Assembly (NCBI GenBank): GCA_947176965.1
Contig: CAMWSU010000001.1
Span: 68,888 to 132,887 of the forward strand
Length of the DNA: 64,000 nucleotides
Direction: 5' to 3'
From: an uncultured Lachnospiraceae bacterium
GTDB taxonomy: Bacteria > Bacillota > Clostridia > Lachnospirales > Lachnospiraceae
The notes below the pieces were generated by a model. It saw only the letters and a list, made by a program, of their open reading frames with translations, was not told the origin of the DNA and made no database searches. Of this stretch, positions 8,325 to 17,897 are shown piece by piece; the first letter of the stretch is position 1; each line of letters begins with the position of its first letter. The position numbers and the translations under genes were made by a program.

Positions 8325-9221
8325 GTGGCAAAGACAGCGACGAAGACGAAAAAGAAATATCGTTTTTTTAAGCCAAGGGAAAAGAAGCTGAACCGATCCC
8401 TTGCGGGTAACGGCATCCTGTTCTTTATCATGGGCATCTGCGGTGTATTCATGGCGCTGCCGCTTGTCATGATCATTAACAACTGCTTAAAGCCCTTGGA
8501 CGAATTATTCCAGTATCCGCCGAAAGTATTTGTGCGGAATCCAACGCTTGAGAACTTTACCGATCTGTTTACGGTCATGAGCGATTCGTGGGTACCGTTC
8601 TCGCGATACATATTAAATACGATCATCATTACGGGCGCGGGAACCGTTCTGCATGTTATTTTTGCTTCCCTTGCGGCATATCCGCTTGCGAAGCATGAGT
8701 TTCCGGGAAAGAGCATTCTGTTTAACATGGTCGTGCTCTCGATGATGTTCTCTTGGACGGTTACACAGATTCCGAACTATATGATCATCAGCTGGCTCGG
8801 CATCAACAATAATTATCTGGCGCTGATCCTGCCGGCGTGTCAGTACGGAATGGGACTCTATCTGATGAAGCAGTTCATGGAACAGCTTCCGACATCGCTG
8901 ATGGAGTCGGCAAGACTCGACGGCGCAAGCGAGTATCAGGTGTTTTGGAAGATTGTTATGCCGAACGTAAAACCTGCGTGGCTGACACTGGCAATCTTCC
9001 AGTTCCAGCAGATGTGGGGCAACACCGGTTCGATGTTTTTACGTGACGAGCAGTTAAAGCCGATGCAGTTTGCCTTACAGCAGATTGCAGCCGGAGGTAC
9101 GGCGAGGGCCGGAGCTTCCGCGGCGGTTACTTTTGTTATTGCGGCGGTGCCGATCATCTTCTTCCTTGCATGCCAGAGTAACGTGTTAGAGACGATGACG
9201 ACATCCGGTATGAAAGACTGA
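8325..9221 (+). CDS. Sugar ABC transporter permease (MalG/LplC-like)
   Basis: GTG start directly after TAA, with GGGTGGGAG upstream. The EAA loop is MESARLDGASEYQVFWKIVMPNVKP. Confidence 0.9.
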   Translation: MAKTATKTKKKYRFFKPREKKLNRSLAGNGILFFIMGICGVFMALPLVMIINNCLKPLDELFQYPPKVFVRNPTLENFTDLFTVMSDSWVPFSRYILNTIIITGAGTVLHVIFASLAAYPLAKHEFPGKSILFNMVVLSMMFSWTVTQIPNYMIISWLGINNNYLALILPACQYGMGLYLMKQFMEQLPTSLMESARLDGASEYQVFWKIVMPNVKPAWLTLAIFQFQQMWGNTGSMFLRDEQLKPMQFALQQIAAGGTARAGASAAVTFVIAAVPIIFFLACQSNVLETMTTSGMKD

Positions 9222-9235
9222 TGGGAGGGAGCGCT

Positions 9236-10720
9236 ATGAAAAAGATAAATCGAATCAATAAAATAGCCGCTGCCCTTCTTGCGGCGATCGTGTTCCTGCT
9301 TGTACCGGCTGAGGCAGTACAGGCGGAAGAACTTCCGTATGATACCTACAATTACAACTACCGAGAGGATTTTGTAATCACTCCCGCGGCGTATGTGCCG
9401 AACGGTTCGGTAACGGGCTTAAGCGTCGGGACGACCGATTTTAAGGAGCCGCAGGATTTCTGCGTGGCACCTGATGGATTGGTGTACGTGGCGGATACGG
9501 GCAATAACCGGATCGTGGTCTTAAACCATGAAATGACCGAGATGGTGCGGGAAATTTCCACGTTTGACAGGAACGGCACGGCGGATACGTTTAACGCACC
9601 TTACGGTGTGTGCGTTTCCGAGAATATGGAGCTCTATGTTGCGGATTCCAATAACAGAAGAGTTGTCGTGCTGACGCCGGAAGGTGAGTTCGTCAAGATT
9701 GTGGATAATCCGCAATCGGAAATCTTAGAGGAGAATTTTGAGTTTATTCCGCTTAAGGTAACGGTGGATTATGCAGACCGTGTGTACGTTATTGCTAAAA
9801 ATGCATTTGAAGGAATTTTGGTTTTTGAGAGCAACGGAGAATTTACCGGATATTTCGGAACGATCGAAGTAAAGATCACATTGTGGGAGAAGTTTTGGAG
9901 GAGGCTTGCTAGCAAGGAAGAGCGCTCCAAATCTCAGCTCTATATCCCGACAGAGTTTACGGGAATCGACGTGGATGACGGCGGATTTATTTACGCTTCC
10001 AATATTGATTCGGAAGGCGTGCAGGCAGTCAGACGATTAAACCCGCAGGGAAAGGATGTCATTCAGAAGGGTGAGAACGGGAATGTCGGCGGCGATATTT
10101 TGACCGGTATGTACGGTGATTACAGTGGTCCGTCCCAGATCACGGACGTGGTATATCGCGATAAGGGAATTTATTCCTTGCTTGACAGAAGACGCGGAAG
10201 AATCTTTACTTACGATAAAGAGGGAAATCTTCTCTACATCTTCGGCGGTCTCGGTTCACAGGAAGGAACGTTCAACGTACCTGTTGCAATCGAATCGATC
10301 GATGGGGAGATCATTGTATTAGACGCGTATTATGGCGCAATCTTAAGATTCAAGGAAACCAGATACGGTTCTCTCATCAATGAGGCAGTCGGGCTGCGCT
10401 TCGACGGTGACGAGACGGAAGCGATCGAGAAATGGCAGGAGGTATTACGGTTAGACGGAAACAATGAGCTTGCCAATACCGGTATCGGAAAGGCATATTT
10501 AACGGCGGGAAATAACCGCCTTGCGATGGAATACTTAGAGCTTGGTATGAACCGGAAATATTACTCCATTGCATGGAAACGATACCGAAACGAGCTTTTG
10601 GCAAAGAACATGAACATGATCATGACCGTGGTAGTCGTACTTATCATCGCATGGGTCGTATACCGGAAATTGCGTAAGAAAAAGAAAGGTAAAGCGGACG
10701 GGGAAGGAGGGCTTATTTGA
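9236..10720 (+). CDS. Secreted NHL-repeat beta-propeller protein with TPR-like tail and C-terminal TM anchor
   Basis: ATG 9236 follows GGGAGGGAG. Signal peptide MKKINRINKIAAALLAAIVFLLVPAEAVQA. NHL-type blades (VADTGNNRIVVLN, VADSNNRRVVVLT). C-terminus MIMTVVVVLIIAWVVYRKLRKKKKGK. Confidence 0.75.
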   Translation: MKKINRINKIAAALLAAIVFLLVPAEAVQAEELPYDTYNYNYREDFVITPAAYVPNGSVTGLSVGTTDFKEPQDFCVAPDGLVYVADTGNNRIVVLNHEMTEMVREISTFDRNGTADTFNAPYGVCVSENMELYVADSNNRRVVVLTPEGEFVKIVDNPQSEILEENFEFIPLKVTVDYADRVYVIAKNAFEGILVFESNGEFTGYFGTIEVKITLWEKFWRRLASKEERSKSQLYIPTEFTGIDVDDGGFIYASNIDSEGVQAVRRLNPQGKDVIQKGENGNVGGDILTGMYGDYSGPSQITDVVYRDKGIYSLLDRRRGRIFTYDKEGNLLYIFGGLGSQEGTFNVPVAIESIDGEIIVLDAYYGAILRFKETRYGSLINEAVGLRFDGDETEAIEKWQEVLRLDGNNELANTGIGKAYLTAGNNRLAMEYLELGMNRKYYSIAWKRYRNELLAKNMNMIMTVVVVLIIAWVVYRKLRKKKKGKADGEGGLI

Positions 10721-11352
10721 TGAAACAGTTATTTTCCAAGGACAAATGGAAATATGCATTTTACACCGTAAGCCATCCGGCGGACGGATATTATGAGATT
10801 CGGCACAGAGAACGCGGAAGCGTTCCAATCGCGGTTTTGCTGGTCATTCTCTTTTCAATCAGCTTTTCCATCAACCGCATATCGGCAAGCTTTATTGTCA
10901 ATGACATTGATCCGCTTACCATCAATCTGTTGAGCGAATTGGTTTCGGTCCTTTTGTTATATCTGCTGTTCTGTGTCGGAAACTGGTCGATCACCTGTCT
11001 GATGAACGGCGAGGGCAGATTAAAGGATATTGCGATCGCGCTTGGGTATGCGATGATCCCGATGATTGTCTGCATGAATATCGGAACGATCTTCAGCCAC
11101 GCGGTAGCGGCGGATGAGGGCGCGTTCTACTACATGATCATCGGAATCGGCATCGCTTATGGGGTGTTCATGATGCTGGTGGGAGTCATGGAGGTTCACA
11201 ATTATACATTAGGTAAGACGCTGATCACGATCTTCCTGACCTTTGTGGCAATTTTCATCATTATATTCGTTGTATTGTTGGTAATGGATCTCATCAATCA
11301 GGTAATCGGTTTCTTTTACAGTATTTATCAGGAACTGATTTTCAGGGCGTAA
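10720..11352 (+). CDS. Yip1-domain multi-pass membrane protein
   Basis: ATG overlaps the upstream stop (TGATG at 10718-10722), with GGAAGGAGG upstream. The cytosolic N-terminus (HPADGYYEIRHRERGS) followed by five hydrophobic helices fits the Yip1/YIPF architecture. Confidence 0.7.
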   Translation: MKQLFSKDKWKYAFYTVSHPADGYYEIRHRERGSVPIAVLLVILFSISFSINRISASFIVNDIDPLTINLLSELVSVLLLYLLFCVGNWSITCLMNGEGRLKDIAIALGYAMIPMIVCMNIGTIFSHAVAADEGAFYYMIIGIGIAYGVFMMLVGVMEVHNYTLGKTLITIFLTFVAIFIIIFVVLLVMDLINQVIGFFYSIYQELIFRA

Positions 11353-11367
11353 GGGGGAGGACATAAG

Positions 11368-13947
11368 ATGCGGAAAAGTAAAAAAATTCTGATCGGTGTT
11401 GTAAGCCTTGTCGCTGCAGTCATCCTGATATGGCTTGTATACTATCTGGTACATTTTTATTTTTACAATCACTACAGAGACTATCTCACCTCCTATGATT
11501 ATGAGGAGGGAAAAGAGTTCACGCCGATCGCGGAAAGTAAAGCTGATGTAGAGGGCATGGTGCTTGCCGCACAAAACGGTACGGTAAAGTTGTATGTGAA
11601 TGCGGAGACGGGGGAAGCTGCTTTTGTGGATACCCGCAACGGTCAGATCATCTATACGAACCCGCCGGACGCAGATGACGATGCGATCGCGAATAAGACC
11701 AATACCAATTATATGAAATCCCAGCTGGTCGTGGATTATTTCAATACGGCGAGAACACAGGGAACCTACGATTCTTTCAGCTATTGTATCGAGCAGGGAG
11801 ACCAGCTTGAGATTGAGTCGATTGAAAACGGCGTGCGTTTCATCTATACGCTTGGTGACCTGTCGGCAGCAACGGGTATCGTGCCGATCTATATCAGTAC
11901 GGATGCGCTGGATTCCGTGTGCGCCGTATTGGACGAAGAAGGCGATAAATTTGTGAGAAGCAAATTTAAGGAAAGCAGTGTGGCGGATGATTATATGGAG
12001 TTGTTGGAATCCGCGCAAAGAGGAGCGTCACAGATCCGTAAGCTGAACCGCTATTTTGAGGAGGCGGGTTTCACGCAGGATGACTACAACCGCGAGATGG
12101 AAGGCTCGGGCGTGGAGGGCGCTGTTCCGGTTTCGTTTGAAATCCCGCTGGAGTACCGTTTGGTTGGGGACGCTGTTGAAGTATCCATCCCGATGAGTGC
12201 GGTAAAGGAGAACGGAGGCGGTGCGATCTACCGTATTTCCCTGTTACGTTTCCTTGGCGCGGCGGGAATCGACGAGAGCGGTTATCTCCTTGTGCCGAAC
12301 GGTTCCGGGTCCATCATCAATTTTAACAACGGAAAGACGACGGCGCAGCCGTATTCGGAATACGTTTATGGAATTGATCCGCTTGCAGCGGAGCTGACGG
12401 TCCGTGAGAATACCGAGAATGTCAAGATGGCATTGTTCGGTATCTGCCGTGAGGACAGTTCTGTGTTCGCTACGATCGAGAGAGGCGGGGCAATGGCATA
12501 TTTAAGCGCGAGCGTCTCGGGCAGGATCAATGAGTATAATTATGTTTATCCGACTTTCGTGTTAAGAGGAAACGAAAAGTTAGAGATGTTCGGTACGACG
12601 GGTAATGAGGCGGACTTACCGATCGTAGAGAAGAATTATTATGATCAGAATCTGACGGTCAGATATACGATGTTAACCGAGGAGCATGCTGGCTATGCGG
12701 GAGCGGCGAATTATTATCGGGACCGCTTGATCAGCGAGGGTGTGCTGACACCGAACAATGCGGACGGGGACATCAAATTCTATTATGACGTCATTGGCGG
12801 GATTGAAAAGATCAAGTTTTTCCTCGGTGTGCGTTACAGAGGCCTTTACGCCATGACCGATTTTGACGAAGCGATCGAAATATCGAATGACCTTGCGGCA
12901 AACGGGATTTCCAATCAGGTCATGAATTATCAGGGCTGGTGTAACGGCGGCTATTATCATGATGTTCTGAATAAGATCAAGGTTCCGTGGCGCTTGGGAG
13001 GAAGATCGGGCTTAGAGGACTTAAGCGCAGCGGTTGCGGCAAACGGCGGAACATTCTATGCAGATGTGGCGCTCCAGCGTGTGTCGGAAATTTCCGATCG
13101 TTACAGCGAAGGAAATGAGACGTCCAGATATTACGGTGCAGGTTATATTGCGGAGTTTGGATTGGTCAATCCGTCAACACTGCGTCAGACATCGGGCTTA
13201 GGATGGTCGGAGAATCGGTTTTATCTGGTTTCACCGAAGTTCCTTGTGCGTTATGTAGAGCGATTCGCAGACAAGATTGACCGATATGACATTGGCGGTA
13301 TTTCTTTAAGAGATCTCGGCAATCAGCTTCATTCCGATAAAAAGCGGACGAATGTCATTGACCGTACCGCGGCGCAGGATGTCGTGGAGGCGGAGCTTCA
13401 GAATTTGGAAGACACCGGTAAGCTGTTGATGGTAAATGCGGGAAATGATTACTCCTTTGCGTATGCGAATGACATCATCAACGCGCCGCTGACGGATAAT
13501 GATTACTATATTGTGGACGAGACGATTCCGTTCTATGAGATGATCATACACGGCTGCATTGATTACTCCGGTTCGGTCATCAACTTAAGCGATACTTTCG
13601 ACAGAACGGAGACCGTTCTGAATTTGATCGAGACGGGCGCGTCGCCGCACTTTGTATTCACGTGGGAGAATTCCAATGAGATGAAGAACACGGGTATCAG
13701 CCGTTTTTACTCGACCACGTATGAGAATTGGAAGCAGGAGGCGCTTGCCGTTTACGACGAGGTGAATGAGGTATTAAGTCACGTGAACGGAGCGACGATC
13801 GTGAACCATGTAATCTACGCAAACGGCGTACGTGCCATCACCTATAGCAACGGCGTCACGATTTATGTAAATACGGGTACTGCGAGCCAGACGGTGGACG
13901 GTGTGACCGTTCCGGCACGAGGCTATGAGATGGGAGGCGTTCATTGA
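11368..13947 (+). CDS. 859-aa N-terminally anchored extracellular protein of unknown function (DUF5696-like, label from memory)
   Basis: N-terminal TM helix ILIGVVSLVAAVILIWLVYYLV, then a large soluble region with no catalytic motif I can assign. GGGGGAGGA RBS. The stop overlaps the next start (TGATG at 13945-13949). Confidence 0.6.
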   Translation: MRKSKKILIGVVSLVAAVILIWLVYYLVHFYFYNHYRDYLTSYDYEEGKEFTPIAESKADVEGMVLAAQNGTVKLYVNAETGEAAFVDTRNGQIIYTNPPDADDDAIANKTNTNYMKSQLVVDYFNTARTQGTYDSFSYCIEQGDQLEIESIENGVRFIYTLGDLSAATGIVPIYISTDALDSVCAVLDEEGDKFVRSKFKESSVADDYMELLESAQRGASQIRKLNRYFEEAGFTQDDYNREMEGSGVEGAVPVSFEIPLEYRLVGDAVEVSIPMSAVKENGGGAIYRISLLRFLGAAGIDESGYLLVPNGSGSIINFNNGKTTAQPYSEYVYGIDPLAAELTVRENTENVKMALFGICREDSSVFATIERGGAMAYLSASVSGRINEYNYVYPTFVLRGNEKLEMFGTTGNEADLPIVEKNYYDQNLTVRYTMLTEEHAGYAGAANYYRDRLISEGVLTPNNADGDIKFYYDVIGGIEKIKFFLGVRYRGLYAMTDFDEAIEISNDLAANGISNQVMNYQGWCNGGYYHDVLNKIKVPWRLGGRSGLEDLSAAVAANGGTFYADVALQRVSEISDRYSEGNETSRYYGAGYIAEFGLVNPSTLRQTSGLGWSENRFYLVSPKFLVRYVERFADKIDRYDIGGISLRDLGNQLHSDKKRTNVIDRTAAQDVVEAELQNLEDTGKLLMVNAGNDYSFAYANDIINAPLTDNDYYIVDETIPFYEMIIHGCIDYSGSVINLSDTFDRTETVLNLIETGASPHFVFTWENSNEMKNTGISRFYSTTYENWKQEALAVYDEVNEVLSHVNGATIVNHVIYANGVRAITYSNGVTIYVNTGTASQTVDGVTVPARGYEMGGVH

Positions 13948-14864
13948 TGAAGAAGAAGAAAAGAAAAATGACTCTCACAAGAAAACGTGCCATTACCGGT
14001 TATCTCTTTATCATGCCATGGCTGATCGGTTTCCTGTGGTTTTATGTACGAAGCTTGTTTATGACGATGCAGTTTTCCTTGAACGTACTGGAGGTAAGGC
14101 CGGGAGGCGGTTACACGCTGACGTTTGCGGGACTTGATAATTTTATTTATGCGTTCCGCGCACATGCATCGTTTAAGCAGATATTGACAACCTCTGTTGC
14201 AAATATGCTGATTGATGTACCGCTGATCACATTTTTCAGCTTGTTCATGGCACTGCTGCTCAATAAGAAATTCCATGGACGAACACTCGTCCGGGCAATC
14301 TTCTTCCTGCCGGTTATTTTGAATTCGGAAGCGATTACGGATGCGATGGATTTGGCGCGCAGCATGATGAGCGGCGGAATGTCCAATGCGGCTGCAGAGG
14401 TCGCGGAGGCGGCTTCAAGCGGCGTGAGTATCGAATACTATATTCAAATGTTCGGTTCGCTCGGTCTGCCGATGGGGATGATTGAGTATATTATGGGCGC
14501 GGTTGCCCGAATCAGTGAGATCATCAATGCCTCAGGTGTACAGATTATTATCTTTATCGCAGCGCTGCAGTCCATACCGGGTTCCATGTATGAGGTAGCA
14601 AAGATCGAGGGTGCGACGGGGTATGAAACGTTCTGGAAGGTAACGTTCCCGATGGTAATGCCCCACATTATCACAAACGTGGTCTACACCGTGGTGGACA
14701 GTTTTGCAGATTCCGAAGTTGTCGAGCTGGCGTATGACACGGCGTTTACCAATAATAATTACGGATTGAGCTCCGTAATGAGTCTGGTATCTACCGTGAT
14801 CACCTGTTTGATTCTGGTGATCGTATGCCGCTTCATACAGAAGCGTGCGTTCTACTATAACTAA
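13947..14864 (+). CDS. Sugar ABC transporter permease (MalF-like), second importer
   Basis: TM pattern and EAA loop YEVAKIEGATGYETFWKVTFPMVMP. The ATG overlaps the upstream stop. Confidence 0.9.
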   Translation: MKKKKRKMTLTRKRAITGYLFIMPWLIGFLWFYVRSLFMTMQFSLNVLEVRPGGGYTLTFAGLDNFIYAFRAHASFKQILTTSVANMLIDVPLITFFSLFMALLLNKKFHGRTLVRAIFFLPVILNSEAITDAMDLARSMMSGGMSNAAAEVAEAASSGVSIEYYIQMFGSLGLPMGMIEYIMGAVARISEIINASGVQIIIFIAALQSIPGSMYEVAKIEGATGYETFWKVTFPMVMPHIITNVVYTVVDSFADSEVVELAYDTAFTNNNYGLSSVMSLVSTVITCLILVIVCRFIQKRAFYYN

Positions 14865-14881
14865 GAAAGGAGGAAAAAGAA

Positions 14882-15919
14882 ATGGCGAAGACAACAAAGG
14901 CAACAAAGGCAACAAAGAATACAAAAACATTTTCCGTACAAAAGCTGAAAGAACAGTACATGGCGCTTAAGACGGATACACAGTTTGCCAATGACAGAAA
15001 GCGCTGGCAGTCCAATGGTAAGGGCTTTCTCATCGGTTTGTTGAAGTTTTTATTGATCGTCGGTGTCAGCTATGTGATCTTAGGTCCGGTGCTTGGCATT
15101 GTTACAAGTTCTTTTTTCTCCAATGCCGATAACTATAACCCGATGGTATATATGATTCCGCAGGAGCCGACGCTGGAGCGCTATTCAAAGGCAAGCGCGT
15201 ATCTGGACTACTGGAAAACTCTGAGCAATTCCATGATCTATTCGGTTACGCTCATGATGATTCAGGTGTTTATCTGCTCCATGGTAGGATATGGTTTTGC
15301 GAGATATAAATTTCCGCTCAAGAATTTGTTTTTTGCGTTAGTCGTCGTGATGATCGTCATTCCGACGCACACGATCATGCTTCCGCTGTATATGACGTTT
15401 GCGAATTTTGATGTGCTCGGTATTATCAGGCTCATCAAAGGAGCGCCGGTCAATATTTTATCAACACCGATTCCGGTATATATTATGACGGTGTTCGGGT
15501 GCGGTTTACGTTCGGGACTTTATATCTACATTTTCAATCAGTTCTTCCGCGGGCTGCCGAAGGAGATCGAGGAGGCGGCGTTTGTGGACGGCGCGGGCAC
15601 ATGGTACACCTACTTCCGTATCATGCTTGTTAATGCAATGCCTTCTGTCATTACCGTGGCGATCTTTTCCATGGTATGGCAGTATAATGATACATTTTAC
15701 GGAAAGTTATTTTTGATCAGCGATGATCTGATAATCAGTAAGAAGATTGCGGGGTTGACGGCAAATATAGCGACGAATGAGAAGATTTATGATCCGGCCA
15801 TTCAGCAGTTATATTTAGACGCCGGAATCGTGCTCGTAATGCTTCCTGTGGTTATCATCTATGTCGTTCTTCAAAAATACTTTATAGAGGGAGTTGAGCG
15901 AAGCGGTATTGTCGGTTAA
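14882..15919 (+). CDS. Sugar ABC transporter permease (MalG-like) with basic N-terminal extension
   Basis: EAA loop EEAAFVDGAGTWYTYFRIMLVNAMP. AAAGGAGG RBS. The N-terminus KTTKATKATKNTK is encoded by short 9-nt repeats. Confidence 0.9.
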   Translation: MAKTTKATKATKNTKTFSVQKLKEQYMALKTDTQFANDRKRWQSNGKGFLIGLLKFLLIVGVSYVILGPVLGIVTSSFFSNADNYNPMVYMIPQEPTLERYSKASAYLDYWKTLSNSMIYSVTLMMIQVFICSMVGYGFARYKFPLKNLFFALVVVMIVIPTHTIMLPLYMTFANFDVLGIIRLIKGAPVNILSTPIPVYIMTVFGCGLRSGLYIYIFNQFFRGLPKEIEEAAFVDGAGTWYTYFRIMLVNAMPSVITVAIFSMVWQYNDTFYGKLFLISDDLIISKKIAGLTANIATNEKIYDPAIQQLYLDAGIVLVMLPVVIIYVVLQKYFIEGVERSGIVG

Positions 15920-15968
15920 ACGGCGGAACGCCTTGCTCGTAACAATTCAACGATACTAAATAAGGAGG

Positions 15969-17876
15969 ATGAAAAAGTTGAAGGCAAAAAAACTCTTAGC
16001 ATTATTCCTTGCAGCAGCGATGACCTTTGCAATGGTTGGCTGCGGCGGCAATGATGCCGAAACAGACGCACCGTCTGATGCGAATCAGACGGACGACGCA
16101 GCACCGACGGAGGCTCCGACAGAAGCACCGACGGAAGCACCTTCCGATGATGTGACACCCGCAACGACTGAGGCGAGCATCGATTTCGAGGATGGTGCAT
16201 TTGGTTTCGTATATTGCGATACCAAAATTGCAGGCGGCACCGGTCCTGCAGAGCTTTCCGTAGTAGATTATAACGGCTCCAAAGCATTACAGGTAGTGCC
16301 GGGTGGAAAGTTCCCCTGTGTGGCTATGCCGGTTGACCAGCTTTTGGGTGATCAGGCAGGCAATGTGGCGACGATCGATGTGACGATCGGTACAACAAGC
16401 CCGGACGGTATCTTCTATGCCGTATCCGGAAAGCTTTACAGCGTGATCAGCGACAATAAGGATGTTGATCAGCCATGGAGCGTTTACCTTGAGGCGGCAA
16501 ACCCGAAGACTGTGACCTATACGGTTCCTGACGGCAGATCCTTTGCTGCGGGGGATGTATTTGCAATCTCCATGGAAGTTGATAACGCAAAGAGTGAAGC
16601 CGGTGCGCCGACAACCCTTTACATCGACAACATTACTTTTAAGGATGCATCCGGCAATGTGCTTGCAGCGGATACTTCTGTTGTCGTAGAGGCAGCGGCT
16701 GAAGAGGCAGACCCGAACCTTTTGGTATTAAAGGATGTGGTTGAGATTGACGGCTTTGCGGCAAGCGCAGGCGGCTGGGCGCAGGACGGTATCGATCTGA
16801 CCGAGGAGCAGAAGGCACTCTTTGTACCGGGCTCCGTGATTGAGATTGATTACAACGGCGCTACACCGGTATGGCTTGTAGCAGTCAGCGCGGATGAAAA
16901 TCCGAACCCGCTGGGTACATGGCTGCGCGGCGTGGATCAGAATACCTTTGCTCCGAACGCTTATGTAGGCAACGGCAAGATTCAGTACCGTTATGAGGAT
17001 CTGGTAGAGTTCTTTGGAGAGGACTTCGGTCAGTATGTGAAGACGTTACAGTGCGAGGCAGCCAATGACTGGGAAGTATTCGGTATGAGAGTCGGCACGG
17101 ACAGCGGTCTGGTAACGGTAGGCGGCACGGAGCTTGAGGGCTTTGCAAAAAGCGCAGGCGGCTGGGCGCAGGACGGTATCGACCTGACAGATGAGCAGAG
17201 AGCACTCCTTGTACCCGGTTCCGTTATTGAAATCGAGTATAGCGGCGAGACACCGGTATGGCTTGTGGCAGTCAGCGCGGATGAAAATCCGAACCCGTTG
17301 GGCACATGGCTGCGCGGCGTAAATCAGGAAACCTTCGAGGTTGACGGTGCGGTAGGTGACGGCGTGGTTCAGTACACCTATGAGCAGTTAGTACCGTACT
17401 TCGGAGAGGACTTCGGTCAGTATGTGACGACGTTACAGTGCGAAGCTGCCAATGATTGGGAAGTCTTCAGCGTGAGGGTTGGAAAGCCGATCGTTCCGGT
17501 CAAGAATGCAACGGAGCTTGAGGGCTTTGCAAAAAGCGCAGGCGGCTGGGCACAGGATGGTATCGACCTGACAGATGAGCAGAGAGCACTCCTTGTACCG
17601 GGCTGTGTGATCAATATTGAGTACAGCGGTGATACACCGGTATGGCTTGTAGCAGTCAGCGCGGATGAAAATCCGAACCCGTTGGGCACATGGCTGCGCG
17701 GCGTGAACCAGGATACCTTCGAGGTTGACGGCGCAGTAGGAGACGGTATCGTTCAGTACACCTACGAGCAGTTAGTACCGTACTTCGGCGAGGACTTTGG
17801 TCAGTATGTGACGACGTTACAGTGTGAAGCGGCGAATGACTGGGAAGTTTACAGCGTGTCTGTAGGTATGCAGTAA
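15969..17876 (+). CDS. Lipoprotein: (PTEA)n linker + CBM-like domain + three tandem 128-129-aa repeats of an unknown domain
   Basis: Lipobox AMVGC-GG and linker APTEAPTEAPTEAPSDD. An N-terminal domain ends TLYIDNITFKD. Then come three copies of ...GFAKSAGGWAQDGIDLTDEQRALLVPGSVIEIEYSG.TPVWLVAVSADENPNPLGTWLRGV...TLQCEAANDWEV.... The start may be TTG 15978, because the SD abuts ATG 15969. Confidence 0.75.
   Translation: MKKLKAKKLLALFLAAAMTFAMVGCGGNDAETDAPSDANQTDDAAPTEAPTEAPTEAPSDDVTPATTEASIDFEDGAFGFVYCDTKIAGGTGPAELSVVDYNGSKALQVVPGGKFPCVAMPVDQLLGDQAGNVATIDVTIGTTSPDGIFYAVSGKLYSVISDNKDVDQPWSVYLEAANPKTVTYTVPDGRSFAAGDVFAISMEVDNAKSEAGAPTTLYIDNITFKDASGNVLAADTSVVVEAAAEEADPNLLVLKDVVEIDGFAASAGGWAQDGIDLTEEQKALFVPGSVIEIDYNGATPVWLVAVSADENPNPLGTWLRGVDQNTFAPNAYVGNGKIQYRYEDLVEFFGEDFGQYVKTLQCEAANDWEVFGMRVGTDSGLVTVGGTELEGFAKSAGGWAQDGIDLTDEQRALLVPGSVIEIEYSGETPVWLVAVSADENPNPLGTWLRGVNQETFEVDGAVGDGVVQYTYEQLVPYFGEDFGQYVTTLQCEAANDWEVFSVRVGKPIVPVKNATELEGFAKSAGGWAQDGIDLTDEQRALLVPGCVINIEYSGDTPVWLVAVSADENPNPLGTWLRGVNQDTFEVDGAVGDGIVQYTYEQLVPYFGEDFGQYVTTLQCEAANDWEVYSVSVGMQ
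16735..17873 (+). repeat. Three in-frame tandem repeats (periods 387 and 384 nt) inside the lipoprotein gene
   Basis: The landmark GCGGCTGGGC recurs at 16771, 17158 and 17542. Copies 2 and 3 are nearly identical at the DNA level over long stretches. Copy 1 is more diverged. Confidence 0.9.
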
Positions 17877-17897
17877 GATCGCAGAATAGGTAACTCA

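Noticed and set aside
11209-12018. Long minus-strand ORFs antisense to well-supported genes. Examples: 11209-12018, 30003-30710, 30253-30960, 35359-36246, 50493-51407, 54158-55084 and 59243-59968, all 235-308 aa.
   Set aside because: Each lies fully inside a conserved + strand gene with clear family motifs. Their translations are R/H/L/S-rich low-complexity strings with no SD sequences or recognisable domains. Such open antisense frames are expected in coding sequence of about 50% GC.
16735-17873. Regular ~385-nt repeats, checked as a possible CRISPR or other non-coding array.
   Set aside because: The repeats are in-frame coding repeats of a lipoprotein. The period is far too long, and there is no short direct repeat/spacer organisation. 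No cas genes are in the window.
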